The position numbers were made by a program, and so were the translations under genes. Of a DNA stretch of 34,443 nt, positions 19,001 through 27,277 are shown one piece after another. The stretch lies in the IMG/VR virus record IMGVR_UViG_3300037991_001546, positions 1 to 34,443 of that record; one strand, 5' to 3'. The first letter of the stretch is position 1; each line of letters starts with the position of its first letter. A model generated the notes under the pieces. That model was not told the origin of the DNA, did not search any database, and saw only the letters and a list, made by a program, of their open reading frames with translations. This DNA comes from a virus. Lineage: Duplodnaviria > Caudoviricetes.

Positions 19001-20636
19001 CTGTAACTCTTTCAACTCCATAATCTTTTACTAATTTATCTTTAGCTTTTTTAGATCCAGTAATTTTTGTTTTAAAATCAGACGTTACAAATCCACCAGT
19101 TTTTATACCTTTACGTTTAGCAGATTTTAAACCTCCATAATCAGCACCAGATTGCATACCTGAAAATATAGATTCTACTATAGTGCTTTTAGTTTCTATT
19201 CCAGCATTTTTATTATATATTTTTTTTACAGTTTCTTGTTTACCTTCACCTATTTCAGGAGCCTGTACATTAACACCTTCTTTTTTTACTGATATTTTTT
19301 TAGGAGTTTTAACTTTTTCTTTTATATGCTCTGCACGATCTATTATAATTTTATCTTCTACACTTATAGGTTTAGTTAAATCTATATTTCTTTCTGCAGC
19401 TATATCTTTAACAGTTTGAGATACTTGTTGCATAAAACTAGGTTTTTGACTATTTATAACATTTAATTGTTGAACTCTAACAGAGTCTAAATAACTATCT
19501 ATATAATCTCTATCTACTTTAGGTAACGATTGGTACTCTGGATCTTTTCTCCATTTTTCTTTTACTGTAGTTATGTTTTCATTGCTAGGAAAATATCTAT
19601 CATTAATAAATTTAGTTCTATTCATAAACCCAGCAGATTTAGCTGAAGCACCAAAGAAGAAACCTAATAGATATTCATATATTTGATCTGGTAATGGTGC
19701 CCCTCTTAATGTAGTCATACCACCTTGAAAAGATGCCCCTAATGTACCTTTAATAAGCATTTCTACAGCTTCGTATTTATTAGGGTCTTGATATAATTGT
19801 CTTGAAGCTAATTTTACAGCTTCTCTACCCATTTGTACTGTGTCTTTATTACGTAACATATCACCAATACGTACATAATTACCTATACTACCAAACACAG
19901 CTCCTGCTGCTGCACCGTGCATAGTAGCATCTAACATAGCTTTAGGGCCTTCTTTCCAAGAAGATACTCCTAATGCTACACCTAAATGAACTGCTTGTGT
20001 TGCTGCATTTCTTACAGAAGCTTTACCAAATAATCCTTTTGTTAAAAATCCTTTACTTAGCAATGCAGTAGATCCTATAGCACTTTGTGTTTGTTCTAAA
20101 ACTTTATCAGCAACCATCATAGGTACTGATTGTAAAGCAAATGTGTTAGGTGATATTTCTTTTCTTAATAAAGGAGGTGCTTTAGATGCAACTTTAGATA
20201 TACCTTCTCTTACTGCTTTACTACTTTGTCTAGCTGCTTGTTTTGCTTGTGCTATAGGTATCCATCTACCACCACTTATAACACTAGCAATAATATCAGG
20301 TGCAAAACCTAATAAGTGACCAAACTGATTTGCTATTCTTTCTGATGTAGTGTCTGCTTCTTCAGCCCAACCTAAGGTAGTAAAACCTTCTACAACACCA
20401 GAAGTAAATTGATTAACTACAGATAATATATTTGAACCAGACTTATCAAGATCACGATTCCACTTAATATCATATTTTTTATGTTGTTTTTCTATATAAT
20501 CAAGATCTTCTTCACTAAAAAGATTAGGTTTCATACGATAAGAAGTATCTAATCTTTTAAGATATTCTTCTGGATTAATTATACCAGTAGTTAATAGGTT
20601 GTCAATATAACCTATCTGTGTATTCGTTGTTGCCAT
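10095..20636 (-). CDS. giant virion (ejection) polyprotein with cpYpsA/SLOG domain and two-barrel DNA-dependent RNA polymerase
   Basis: 3513 aa. SLOG motifs SGMQSGADYGGL...TGG, Y..RT..NI..TDATVIF, S.GT..T and LNIAG (about aa 490-680). RNAP-like motifs TD, K...K, SGGK, LLRVP and GADNDFD (aa 1549-1553 = DNDFD). Helical C-terminus (RP......GR...F..Y) like large ejection proteins. Last gene of the structural block. Confidence 0.75.
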   Translation of the reverse strand: MATTNTQIGYIDNLLTTGIINPEEYLKRLDTSYRMKPNLFSEEDLDYIEKQHKKYDIKWNRDLDKSGSNILSVVNQFTSGVVEGFTTLGWAEEADTTSERIANQFGHLLGFAPDIIASVISGGRWIPIAQAKQAARQSSKAVREGISKVASKAPPLLRKEISPNTFALQSVPMMVADKVLEQTQSAIGSTALLSKGFLTKGLFGKASVRNAATQAVHLGVALGVSSWKEGPKAMLDATMHGAAAGAVFGSIGNYVRIGDMLRNKDTVQMGREAVKLASRQLYQDPNKYEAVEMLIKGTLGASFQGGMTTLRGAPLPDQIYEYLLGFFFGASAKSAGFMNRTKFINDRYFPSNENITTVKEKWRKDPEYQSLPKVDRDYIDSYLDSVRVQQLNVINSQKPSFMQQVSQTVKDIAAERNIDLTKPISVEDKIIIDRAEHIKEKVKTPKKISVKKEGVNVQAPEIGEGKQETVKKIYNKNAGIETKSTIVESIFSGMQSGADYGGLKSAKRKGIKTGGFVTSDFKTKITGSKKAKDKLVKDYGVERVTEPITRRTERGDREFAPEDYANRTIRNIENTDATVIFARPEHIDKSAGTNRTIGYASEGIWKNGSSSQTLSSGRFMAGFKPHIIITKGLTSKKRADAEAKQLRQFIEDVTKKIGKKPTLNIAGHGNDRVPGNKTWKNYEDYVDYVVDKSLEGTVQKPVFDANVDNPNEVVASIPKQPKNTKDFAQERLGDYKNEISMANENIEAVSSEQSSKTILKRPLETAINYLLNNDSKLDYTKVKLDLNNIAEKAKTDIEFFQKIEKYGITLPTNIRQELGRGLLIKKNLEEQTDHGIQDLNPFKGGYTSKEGFGKQKFPSEDIDGTILVKYRSENKHDKHVKGTIEDVSYVISDVQYDKRTGTMFSKKQLGIDAPGIYKLQYDKILTHSYRTKLDSRGKAEYEFTLNEKALDAINTKLIKDGFYVSKALKDKGVVLVEPLPIQDKFPNETNYLSRTDQIKILEKIGFKNITETNRQVYMANTYYLLREHTLRGLKGHGKLKVDNILDGIAELRANNNQKLNYKDVVEYNKYAAMDIGTNIPMNAKDHRITDSKQKMGVVYLKDIPGEVHGEIMLGNTDSVHSVRSDVFKSMANRYYIDKTDGKMKLTFFRGPRNGVNLLKNKIGSEIASKALDKWMFDQMQRGFPIHHVIYESGGKTNKGNFNAVELKWDAKKGEYYTDKPLTPKEVVDYNWNETYIDLGVREDSSHFNKGISPGKQLYDSVSMAKIRTEDPTRAENLDREVNEWIRSSNEGDPQLGIELINSFRSGKEITRDFDVFRVPEEVIIEMKNDTTRGGINNPTFKKVLKKIVEANENDLSTAMWEPGQNSAMREAIQENYQISEILNMNNYDPLVFGRHPYKDYINKALFRFIVTRNVKPRDPQGFQAPLMGLNAEELSVHQRRENQGPNKITTGVGENAWMLGRDARSKPVRVEGIPAIKTLGQAWDMLRLTKLTKTEAINIKNVLNEQTLLRVPNSGVSGARVPEFGGFVDKPGIGIYVNAKEKFYMDGADNDFDEAFVHYNIPKELNKEFRNNRDYLRDEKGNLINLETPPKFLTDLGYFVEYAPKTSNDVLKDIIDPYKRIEAGRSAFIGKEAMGGAVNALDRQIKVMDAIINTKITEPSREVPYMLVEVNTNKNYDGIKKHRIVLKDGEGNIMNSTNIQDYLKLLKQFEVESLKAKNGYADSPKYLNVPDNFTLSELTWSRYFQLQVQNEKGVFENVSKLSEISWGDATSSRRTKPVTREKKTKYIDITKIRELENLAETYHLLYGQPTIAEINNSPRVINEFVNNADFRYDLQTYNVAQKLSSRMDWGIQSFDYIKSISRGFDHLNTNAIEPYDFVLQMTTELNTRLLNSKYYDKYGLIPGYRNEIDAIYSLKRPGNHLFKELKAIGDKKYNTLALTPTRNIEQHFHNALDLNVADYVSDVFITKVGKSRMTELSVDEAFTLVKDIQSQVNSIKESFYYSANVFRDRSGFNVERGKLDYKWVNQELLKIRARYRKVPAYKPFIKDIDLIIDSYLSANPRFRFKEMKNKTTEQLFKIISDANRFIEGTTKNLNKDQVVEVSYKDYDTNKMGATQNPELMQRWIRKREQAEAILYNRVPFFDRSKVVTPENRQALLDLKKGIIEQGLEAMNKKMRVPKKTQAYIEALTESFSGDQILDINTMNQPKIVRKKAKEVEADIQKQKVKIKVINDSSGKKIGETIISDVDGLFGVKTSKRQIANETRKDLAKKFKESKRDPNTEKEQAVKTIKRVFKDQHKYLERLDKNILEPTTPENEIVLKEFRKILEEYPQVLPNLDYYFAAFTKKGEGVMRDISTMDSKDMVNFIGQLKRSFTPMKDLITKDGKFKEKPRGRDHMYFYDIVGDRLGFMSELELQPILENKMMANGEIKAEYMKQPMSPLHLMKNHVDFTDTITKAARDNIEKVHAGWFKYLTKDDATLQEHRKLLEEHAVNSLEWNNGKYPAGEKIDYESKNYIKTKYNESKALIQKLDESGARIEFKGKNVKPSVFVSQQLKKDIKTFTDWVYDNYIASRHKNIKETFLHIGTWNKDFKLWKPGQEFKRLKTDKTFGREFEMMKLEEIFLDKNTGIFREDRYKAFFDSIMNYQGAYTTREGGLKRSSIEGQFNNREISQFLMPSYNDMLFFKHHLKLRDEMQGIYKNYDLSKPEKLPTKIKKELKQRVINRLNKNSSYKELFQNKVTEGYFPRVGHTDISKNAQKIERELTRKVNAEMETITDKSQLPEHIANRMLITDLERGRPLNFTEAKQLYRAEKLSLQNREFMNSALEGQMANEITVNDLLSRDKLSDSRYIGDYTYRNMHKRGPYVMPFYRLDVEALRRYAGGLVKSHLTNTTGINLELIVKRFDKVNNVENDINALGWSGYLRDAGLNMMGLSLHRSLQTHGIQEKHIPLYQRFIDNKFSTKGLNLLKAELDLVYDFREAVELSPQKKTNILLSNRGNVTKANAEYIKQINRNAKRLLSQINTTGKYGSLYHMTSDDAVGRKMETINDAFGAKLFGELSSDPAQKRTQVNEGLRYLSNLEGKYELISLLSAPKTPITNFIGGYTNLITDVGLNPVRKSFNTEWMLNNIFREYNKDTGQMETAKYEFFNADTKKIEQKTMTTREDIFNWMDGSVGVFDTTQLQLVAIEKVFGRKNAFKVVKEFGERLMDARNSGYDMVTKTSRDRLRDATMMDLIREYKVDESIVDMGAFFMRESERHLRGTTFLSHMIFHLQNTLNTPDGFSSKMSFNNPGLIKLSLEGVKASQFLYQATERPNFANTSLGRVLTRFQPYAWNSIRRRMDIYRNAKDVGFDYTKIASKRFQRQVSFDLFALAMANIFVASIFEYSLSPPMSWMQDTAQLMFGDTEERDRAFFNQYPSKVLAPLQIVTPPVARFILPPITSILNGDYENFYKFQLATYFPFGRLGRDLYRTYQSPAMAVDFMTGIPLHRIHSLRRDQIEAQTELDEIEANLEAEDV

Positions 20637-20638
20637 TA

Positions 20639-21259
20639 TTATGAAGCTTCTTTACGTGGATCAATACTTAATGCATCCATAATATTATCTATATTATTTG
20701 CAAGTTGTTTTGTTTGATTCCAATCAGATTTAGCTTGAAAAGATATAGCAGGCATTAAACCTCTACTATCTTCTGAGGCAACTTTAGAAAATCTTACACT
20801 TCTATCCATATAATCCATAGCAGTATTTTCAAATTTTCCTACTTCACTCTCTATCTTTTGATCTATAACTTTAACCATTGGATTGTCTGGTGCCCAATAA
20901 TTTAACATAGCTCTAGTTGTTGCTAAATCTTGCAAACTAGGTAATGTATTTGTTTCAAAAGAATCTAAATATTGACCATACCTTCTTTGTGCCAATGATT
21001 GCTGAAAAGGTAAATCAACAAAACCTCCTAATGTGTCCATACCGTATCCTAAAAAACCAGATTGTTCAAAATTTATTTGATCTTGCATTGGCATTTTAGT
21101 TATAGATTGTATAGCCATATTAGCCATATTATTAGCTAATACTCTATTTTCATTTCTTATTGCACGTTGTTCTGCTTTGTAAGCAGATAAACCTGTTACT
21201 TTGTCTACGGCTTCTGTTAAACCAGCTAAAGCACTTATTGTTGCAGCACTATATGACAT
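20639..21259 (-). CDS. putative internal virion/ejection protein
   Basis: 206 aa, helical and Ala/Gln/Met-rich, immediately upstream of the giant protein. Confidence 0.45.
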   Translation of the reverse strand: MSYSAATISALAGLTEAVDKVTGLSAYKAEQRAIRNENRVLANNMANMAIQSITKMPMQDQINFEQSGFLGYGMDTLGGFVDLPFQQSLAQRRYGQYLDSFETNTLPSLQDLATTRAMLNYWAPDNPMVKVIDQKIESEVGKFENTAMDYMDRSVRFSKVASEDSRGLMPAISFQAKSDWNQTKQLANNIDNIMDALSIDPRKEAS

Positions 21260-21268
21260 TTTTCCCCC

Positions 21269-21841
21269 TTATCCTATTAATTTTTTATAACTTTCCATAA
21301 AATTGTAAGACATATCATTCGTATATTGTCCCAAAGAATTGTAAGTCGTTTGGTATTGAGACAGTTGATTTCTTAAATTTTGTGCATTTGCAAATGATGT
21401 ACCTTGATATTTTAATTCAGCAGCATCTATAGCAGCCCCATAAGAATTGTCTATTGCATCTACAACTTGATCTTGATAACCACTTCTTAAATTTGTTCTA
21501 GAAAAAGTATCCATTGCACTATCTCTTCTTATTTCTGTTGCATCTAACGCTCTATCTGTAGCTAAATCAAAAGACTCACCTGCCATTCCTTGTTTAATAT
21601 TATAATCTTCAACAGCAAATTTTCCACCTTGTATAGCATCTGCTTGGCCTATTTTACCTTGTTGTTTCTTTTTATTTAACAATGCACGTTCATCTTTGAT
21701 AGCTTGATTAGTTAAATATGCACCGCCTAAAAAACCTAAAGCCTTACCCCACGGCATTGCAGCTTCTAACAAACCACCAGCTAAACTACCTTTACCTAAA
21801 AGATTAGTAGCTCCTTTAATTATTTTTCCAAAAAATCCCAT
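21269..21841 (-). CDS. putative internal virion/ejection protein
   Basis: Gly/Ala-rich hydrophobic N-terminus (MGFFGKII...LGFLGGA) then Gln/Ala helices, typical of podovirus ejection proteins. Confidence 0.55.
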   Translation of the reverse strand: MGFFGKIIKGATNLLGKGSLAGGLLEAAMPWGKALGFLGGAYLTNQAIKDERALLNKKKQQGKIGQADAIQGGKFAVEDYNIKQGMAGESFDLATDRALDATEIRRDSAMDTFSRTNLRSGYQDQVVDAIDNSYGAAIDAAELKYQGTSFANAQNLRNQLSQYQTTYNSLGQYTNDMSYNFMESYKKLIG

Positions 21842-22068
21842 TACTTATCACTCCTATATCCAAACCCTAATCTTCCTAATACAGCCATCATATCAAAATC
21901 TACAGCAAATTGCTTAGATACTATTCTGTGTATTCTTTTGTATCTTTCCATTCTTACATCTGCATCCGTACTTTCAGAAGGAGGTACTGCTACGTTTGGT
22001 ATAACTGTATCTACTTCTTCTTGTATTGGATTTGTTATTACATCAAAATTTACTTCTTTGTCTGCCAT
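21841..22068 (-). CDS. hypothetical protein
   Basis: 75 aa, GGAGG RBS, TAATG coupling to the next gene. Confidence 0.65.
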   Translation of the reverse strand: MADKEVNFDVITNPIQEEVDTVIPNVAVPPSESTDADVRMERYKRIHRIVSKQFAVDFDMMAVLGRLGFGYRSDK

Positions 22069-22069
22069 T

Positions 22070-22570
22070 TTAGTCCTCCTGCAACTTTTCTATAGCTTTA
22101 CAAAAATCAACAACTCTAACTGGTGTTTGTTTATACCAATTAGAATATTCTGGTTTTCCACGTTTTTTATATGTTATTTCTGCAATAGCATCTTCATATC
22201 TTTTATCGCATAAAGCTTTCCAAGCTGATGGAAATTTTTTATACCAATTTACACCTAATTGAAAATTAACAGAAGTTAATGCTATTTTAAAATCTTTATC
22301 AAATACTTCTAGTTTAACACATTGTTCATTACAAGCATCTAATGCTTTTTCTATATCTTGTTCAAACCAATCACTTATAATTTTTTCATCTATTACATCA
22401 CCAACTTTATATAATTCATTTTCTTTTTTAGTTAGTAAATGTCCTATACCACAAGTAGGTTTTCCTAAAGTATCTAAATATACATCTTCTCTATAACCTT
22501 CTCTTAACTTCATATGCTCATAAAGTTTTTTTCTAAAAGAGAAAGTAGCTATTGGTTCTGGTATCATCAT
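22070..22570 (-). CDS. lysozyme/muramidase, GH24 (T4 lysozyme-like)
   Basis: EGYREDVYLDTLGKPTCGIGH carries the E-x8-D-x5-T triad; FQLG...KF and WYKQTPVR also match. Confidence 0.92.
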   Translation of the reverse strand: MMIPEPIATFSFRKKLYEHMKLREGYREDVYLDTLGKPTCGIGHLLTKKENELYKVGDVIDEKIISDWFEQDIEKALDACNEQCVKLEVFDKDFKIALTSVNFQLGVNWYKKFPSAWKALCDKRYEDAIAEITYKKRGKPEYSNWYKQTPVRVVDFCKAIEKLQED

Positions 22571-23679
22571 TAGTTAGAGTACCTTTCATTTGCTTCTTGA
22601 TCTAATTTCATTTGATTTGCAACTCTTTCAGCAATAATTGCCTCTGGAACATTTTGACTTCTTAACTCTGCTGCAAAACCACTGTATTTTTCAGGTATTA
22701 TCGGTGCAGAAGGTTCATTGTTAACTTTTGTGTTATAATAAGCACTATTATTTTGAGGAGCTCTACCTCTACTTGCAAACTGATCTTTAAGTATGTTTAC
22801 ATTTTTTTCTAATTTATTTTTTATAAAATCAGCACCTTCACTTATTTTACTTTTTGCTATTTTAAAAGTTGGTTTATATTTATTATAAGCATCTCCTAAA
22901 TCTTCAAGTATTTCTCCACCTCGATCTTTTACAACTTCTCCAAACATTTCAAGTTTTTCTCCACGTGTTAATGCTTTCATAGCATTGTTATCTGTAAAAG
23001 GATCTATATTATCTGTAGTATAAGCTTGTCCTTCAAAAGTGTCTTTTTTACGTCTTATTCCAAACCTTCCATAATTTTCATTTATTTGTTGTTTAGAAAA
23101 TACCATACTTTCAGTGTCTCCCATAGCAACTGTATCAAAAGTACTTTCACTATAACCAGCACTTCTCAAAGTATCAGCAATACCTGTTTTTATATAATTT
23201 CTTTGTTCAACTGATAAATTTTTATAACGATCTGGTAATTGCCAAGAAGTAGGCTCTAAAAAATTTCCACCTTCATTTAGCTTATAAGTTACTACATTGT
23301 CTCCTATAGCTGCAATCATTCCATCTACACCTTCATCAAATGCACTTTTTTCTGCAAGTGCATCTGATTGTATTTTATTTCTTCTTAATATAGATAAATA
23401 TCCTTCTGGATTATCAGCTTTATCATCCATAGCTTGTTCATAAGCTAACTTATCATCATCTCCAGATAGACCAAATAACAAAGTTTCCATTAAGCTCATA
23501 CCAGTTAAACCACCAGTAAGTCTTTTAATATTGCTTAAAGTTTCATCTTCTGCCATTGCTAAATCTCTTTTAAAAACTTCTCCTTCTGTTACTCCTTGAA
23601 ACTCACTAGTAATCATACTAGGGCTTTTATAAGTAGAAGAATCTAAACTTTGATCTTTTTTATATTTTCCTTTTGCCAT
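22570..23679 (-). CDS. hypothetical protein (possible virion protein)
   Basis: Start more likely 23679 (TAATG coupling with the upstream stop, GGAGG RBS); 369 aa. Confidence 0.7.
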   Translation of the reverse strand: MAKGKYKKDQSLDSSTYKSPSMITSEFQGVTEGEVFKRDLAMAEDETLSNIKRLTGGLTGMSLMETLLFGLSGDDDKLAYEQAMDDKADNPEGYLSILRRNKIQSDALAEKSAFDEGVDGMIAAIGDNVVTYKLNEGGNFLEPTSWQLPDRYKNLSVEQRNYIKTGIADTLRSAGYSESTFDTVAMGDTESMVFSKQQINENYGRFGIRRKKDTFEGQAYTTDNIDPFTDNNAMKALTRGEKLEMFGEVVKDRGGEILEDLGDAYNKYKPTFKIAKSKISEGADFIKNKLEKNVNILKDQFASRGRAPQNNSAYYNTKVNNEPSAPIIPEKYSGFAAELRSQNVPEAIIAERVANQMKLDQEANERYSN

Positions 23680-23924
23680 TACAATTCCTCCAATTGTATT
23701 TTCATCCACTTGTTCTCTTTTACTTTAATATATAAATAAGAGTCATTATCTAAATTAACAACTTGACGATCTCCTACATTTCCTTCAGTCTGAACTGGTA
23801 TTTTAGAAGTAACTACACCAATAGGTGTTTCATATTGTGCTTGTTGTTTGTCAAATTCTACGTCAACGTCTCTATCACGCATTTTATCTAATAATCTTTT
23901 TACTGTTAAATCACCATATGCCAT
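23679..23924 (-). CDS. hypothetical protein (tail-associated)
   Basis: 81 aa, coupled to the tail protein gene; ends YLYIKVKENKWMKIQL. Confidence 0.7.
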   Translation of the reverse strand: MAYGDLTVKRLLDKMRDRDVDVEFDKQQAQYETPIGVVTSKIPVQTEGNVGDRQVVNLDNDSYLYIKVKENKWMKIQLEEL

Positions 23925-26398
23925 TATTTTAAAACCTTTCCTCTAAAAACTATTTGTATATCATTTAATACAAAGTTATTGCTAACTTCTCCATTACCAT
24001 AAAAAATAAGACCTGTAGATAAAATATTTTTAAAATTACTACTACTTACTTTTATTTTTTGTGTTTTAAATTCATTAGAAGAATTAGTTAATTCTGTACC
24101 AGTCCAAGCTAAATTTGCACCTGTATCAGTAACATCTGTTAAAGAACCTTCAACTGGTGATGCATCAAATTTAGTAGAATATCCTCCTACAAAAATATTA
24201 TCACCTGCTTTGTAGTTTATGTATATATGATATAAATTTTTTCTAGCAGCAGGATTAGTAAAGTCAAACTCTTTTGTTCTTAATAACTCTGTTTTGCTTC
24301 CATATGTAATTGTTTGAGGTGTATTAGTCCAGTTTTGCATTTTAATAGTATTTGGACTTCCTGCTATTTCATAAAAATATGCTAATGTACCATCATTCTT
24401 ACTTATAAGATTTGTAACATCTGCAGTTTGCATTTGTGTGGTACTTTTTGTAAATGATTCAGATTTTAAATCATATTTTAATACCACGCTATCTTTACAT
24501 AAAATTATAATTTCTTTTGTTTTTGGCATATAGCCTATAACAGCATCATCATTATATATTTCTGACTCAAAATCATTTATCAATGGTTGTCCCATTTTAC
24601 CAATAATTAAATCATGAACACGTTGTCCGTCATAAATATATAAACCATGTTTGTTAAACCATGTTATAAATCCTTCTGCACGAATAACATGGTGATCAAA
24701 TTCACAACCTTTATATTCGTACTCTCCTTCTAAAAACTCTAATCTTCTAGATATATTAATAATATATAATCTGTGTTTTTTAAATTGTAATAATTTAGGA
24801 CCAACAGTTTCTAGTTTAATTATGTCATCACCATCTTCTATAGATACATCAATAAAGCTATCTTCTTCAAAATAATCAAACTGGTTAACCTTGCTTTTTA
24901 ATATTCTATCGTTTTTTTCAACGAGATTGCCCCTAGAATCGTAATACTTAACGTTACCTATATATGCCCTTCGGTTAGCTATAGTAACGGTCTTAAAACC
25001 CGTATTTGCAGGACCTATTAAAGATCTACCACCTACTAAATATGGTTCTTTTAAAGAAAGTTTAGATAATTCTTTTCCTGTAAAATGTGATCCATCATCA
25101 TCAAATGCATTAGGTGGATATACATAATTATAAAAATTTCCCCCGCTTGTAGAACTTAATTCTTCATCAAAACTATCGTAAGTATCTTCTCCTGCAAGTC
25201 TAATACCTCTTACAAAATCTACTTCACATAATAAATATTTATTAGATACAGATCCAACTGCATACTTAGTAGTAGAAGCATTGGTTGTATCATAATTTTC
25301 TATTAAACCCCAATAAAACTTATAACCTGTAATTCTTTTAGTAGTACTTGGCGTTCTACCATATAAACCAAAATATAAAAATCTTTTTCTTTCATTATTG
25401 CCACTTATATCTTGTTGTGCTATATCTCCTAAAAATACAGCAGGAGATTCTTGTTCTTCATACATACAAGAAACCCATAATCCGTATATTTTATTTTGAC
25501 TTGTAGGATATACAACCGCTTCAGATGTTTCATCTTGATTTGTATCTGTAGCTTTTTTAGCCCAATAACAAATAACTTTCATAGAACCAGTTTCCTGACC
25601 CAAACCTGCTCCATAATCAGTATTACCCTCTAAAACAGTGTGCATATTAGCTCTAGATCTATTATAACTATTAGGATGAGTTGTATCATTACTTGGCATA
25701 ATATTAGCTTCAGTTAAATTAGCTTCCATAAATACTTCAGACTTATAAGTAGGTTTAAACACTTGTCCTTTTTGATACAATCTTTCAGGATCGTGATTAT
25801 TTGTTATAGCTTCACTTCCAACTCTACCTGTTAAACCAGCAATAAACATATCACTTTCATAAAATTGATTAGTAGATATATCTAAATTAGTAGAACCAGT
25901 GTCGCCAAACTTTCTTACACCTTTTTCATAATGTAACACTTTTGGTGTTCCAGTACTTCCTGGATGAGGAACTGCTCTTATAGATCCGTCTTGTGCATAT
26001 ACACAAACATTTTGAGTAGTTGAAGAACCTCCATAATTAAGAGATTTAGCACTTATACTATTACTACCGCTAGAAGTTCCCGTATAATTTAAAAATTTTA
26101 CAGTTTTATTTGTAGGGTCGTTTATTGCTATATACTCTGTATTACTAACTGTGCCTGGTGAATTTAATCTTCTATCTAAATTAAAATGATAAATACCATT
26201 ACCATAAATAATATTATCTATGCTAATAGCAGCATCGCATTTAGAATCATCTACATGCTTACCATAATTTACCAATTTTCCAGGAACTTCATTATTTAAA
26301 TTTGTCAATGTTGAAAATTCAACATCTAGAAGATCTCTAGAATTAGTAGCAGTATTTAATCCACCAGAAAAGTTAGTAATGTTCAGAGCTTGTTTCAT
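23924..26398 (-). CDS. tail tubular/nozzle (stabilisation) protein, P22 gp10/T7 gp12-like
   Basis: 824 aa, N-terminal NFSGGLN motif, beta-propeller-like composition, C-terminal TKEFDF..P..RK; upstream of ejection genes. Confidence 0.7.
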   Translation of the reverse strand: MKQALNITNFSGGLNTATNSRDLLDVEFSTLTNLNNEVPGKLVNYGKHVDDSKCDAAISIDNIIYGNGIYHFNLDRRLNSPGTVSNTEYIAINDPTNKTVKFLNYTGTSSGSNSISAKSLNYGGSSTTQNVCVYAQDGSIRAVPHPGSTGTPKVLHYEKGVRKFGDTGSTNLDISTNQFYESDMFIAGLTGRVGSEAITNNHDPERLYQKGQVFKPTYKSEVFMEANLTEANIMPSNDTTHPNSYNRSRANMHTVLEGNTDYGAGLGQETGSMKVICYWAKKATDTNQDETSEAVVYPTSQNKIYGLWVSCMYEEQESPAVFLGDIAQQDISGNNERKRFLYFGLYGRTPSTTKRITGYKFYWGLIENYDTTNASTTKYAVGSVSNKYLLCEVDFVRGIRLAGEDTYDSFDEELSSTSGGNFYNYVYPPNAFDDDGSHFTGKELSKLSLKEPYLVGGRSLIGPANTGFKTVTIANRRAYIGNVKYYDSRGNLVEKNDRILKSKVNQFDYFEEDSFIDVSIEDGDDIIKLETVGPKLLQFKKHRLYIINISRRLEFLEGEYEYKGCEFDHHVIRAEGFITWFNKHGLYIYDGQRVHDLIIGKMGQPLINDFESEIYNDDAVIGYMPKTKEIIILCKDSVVLKYDLKSESFTKSTTQMQTADVTNLISKNDGTLAYFYEIAGSPNTIKMQNWTNTPQTITYGSKTELLRTKEFDFTNPAARKNLYHIYINYKAGDNIFVGGYSTKFDASPVEGSLTDVTDTGANLAWTGTELTNSSNEFKTQKIKVSSSNFKNILSTGLIFYGNGEVSNNFVLNDIQIVFRGKVLK

Positions 26399-26514
26399 TT
26401 TTTCTTCTTCTTTTTCTTACGTAGTTTACGTTTAGGTGCACTCATATTATGCATACGTCTTTCAGTAACAGGTGTTCTAAATTCATTACCTATATTGCTA
26501 CTATATATTGCCAT
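26395..26514 (-). CDS. small Lys-rich protein (39 aa)
   Basis: MAIYSSNIGNEFRTPVTERRMHNMSAPKRKLRKKKKKKK*; GGAG RBS; ATGA overlap with the tail gene. Not in the ORF track. Confidence 0.6.
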   Translation of the reverse strand: MAIYSSNIGNEFRTPVTERRMHNMSAPKRKLRKKKKKKK

Positions 26515-27268
26515 CTATGATTTCTCCCCAAACACTAGTTACTCCATCATGAATTTCTACAACTTCTACTTTAAACTGACCATTATCAAACCAGTCTACA
26601 ATAGCAAAAGCGTGAACCCAATTATGAAGTCTACCTTTTAACCATTTATTACTTTCATGAGACATATCTTTTAAACAACCTAAAGACCAAGCACCAATAG
26701 TACCACCTAGTTTAGTTTGAGTGTGTCTTTGTAAATCATGAGTATGTCCATAAATTACATTTTCACCATATGTCTCTAAATGCTTTTTAGCATGATATGT
26801 AGTAGCAAACGCTCCATGAAAAAAGGTTAATTTACCTACTTGGATAGGTAGGTTGTAATCAGTGTACTTATATCCTCTTTCTTTGATTTTACACGCTTTT
26901 TTAAATGTGTAATCAACCATATAAGGATATTTATCGACAAAATTATCCAACCAGAGATCATGGTTACCTTGGAGTAGATATTTTTCTTTACATTTGACTT
27001 TTTTAAGAGCTTCATCCCAAACATCTAATCCTTCGTTTACTAATCTAATATCTTCATCTATGAGAGGAATTTGATACTCTAATGGTGGTAATTTTTTATC
27101 TTTATACCTCCAAGCAGAAACAGATTCCCACTCACCTACATCTCCCAAATTTACAAAAACATTTGGTTTTACTTTTTTAATTGCTTTTAATACGCAGTTA
27201 ATTGCAGCCTTATTCTCTAAAGGATAATGCTGATCTGGTATTATTATACCACGTTTTTTGAGCTTCAA
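26501..27268 (-). CDS. calcineurin-like metallophosphoesterase
   Basis: All five motifs present: PDQH, LGD, GNHD, FHG and GHTH. TTG start. Confidence 0.9.
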   Translation of the reverse strand: MKLKKRGIIIPDQHYPLENKAAINCVLKAIKKVKPNVFVNLGDVGEWESVSAWRYKDKKLPPLEYQIPLIDEDIRLVNEGLDVWDEALKKVKCKEKYLLQGNHDLWLDNFVDKYPYMVDYTFKKACKIKERGYKYTDYNLPIQVGKLTFFHGAFATTYHAKKHLETYGENVIYGHTHDLQRHTQTKLGGTIGAWSLGCLKDMSHESNKWLKGRLHNWVHAFAIVDWFDNGQFKVEVVEIHDGVTSVWGEIIDGNI

Positions 27269-27277
27269 GAAAACCCC

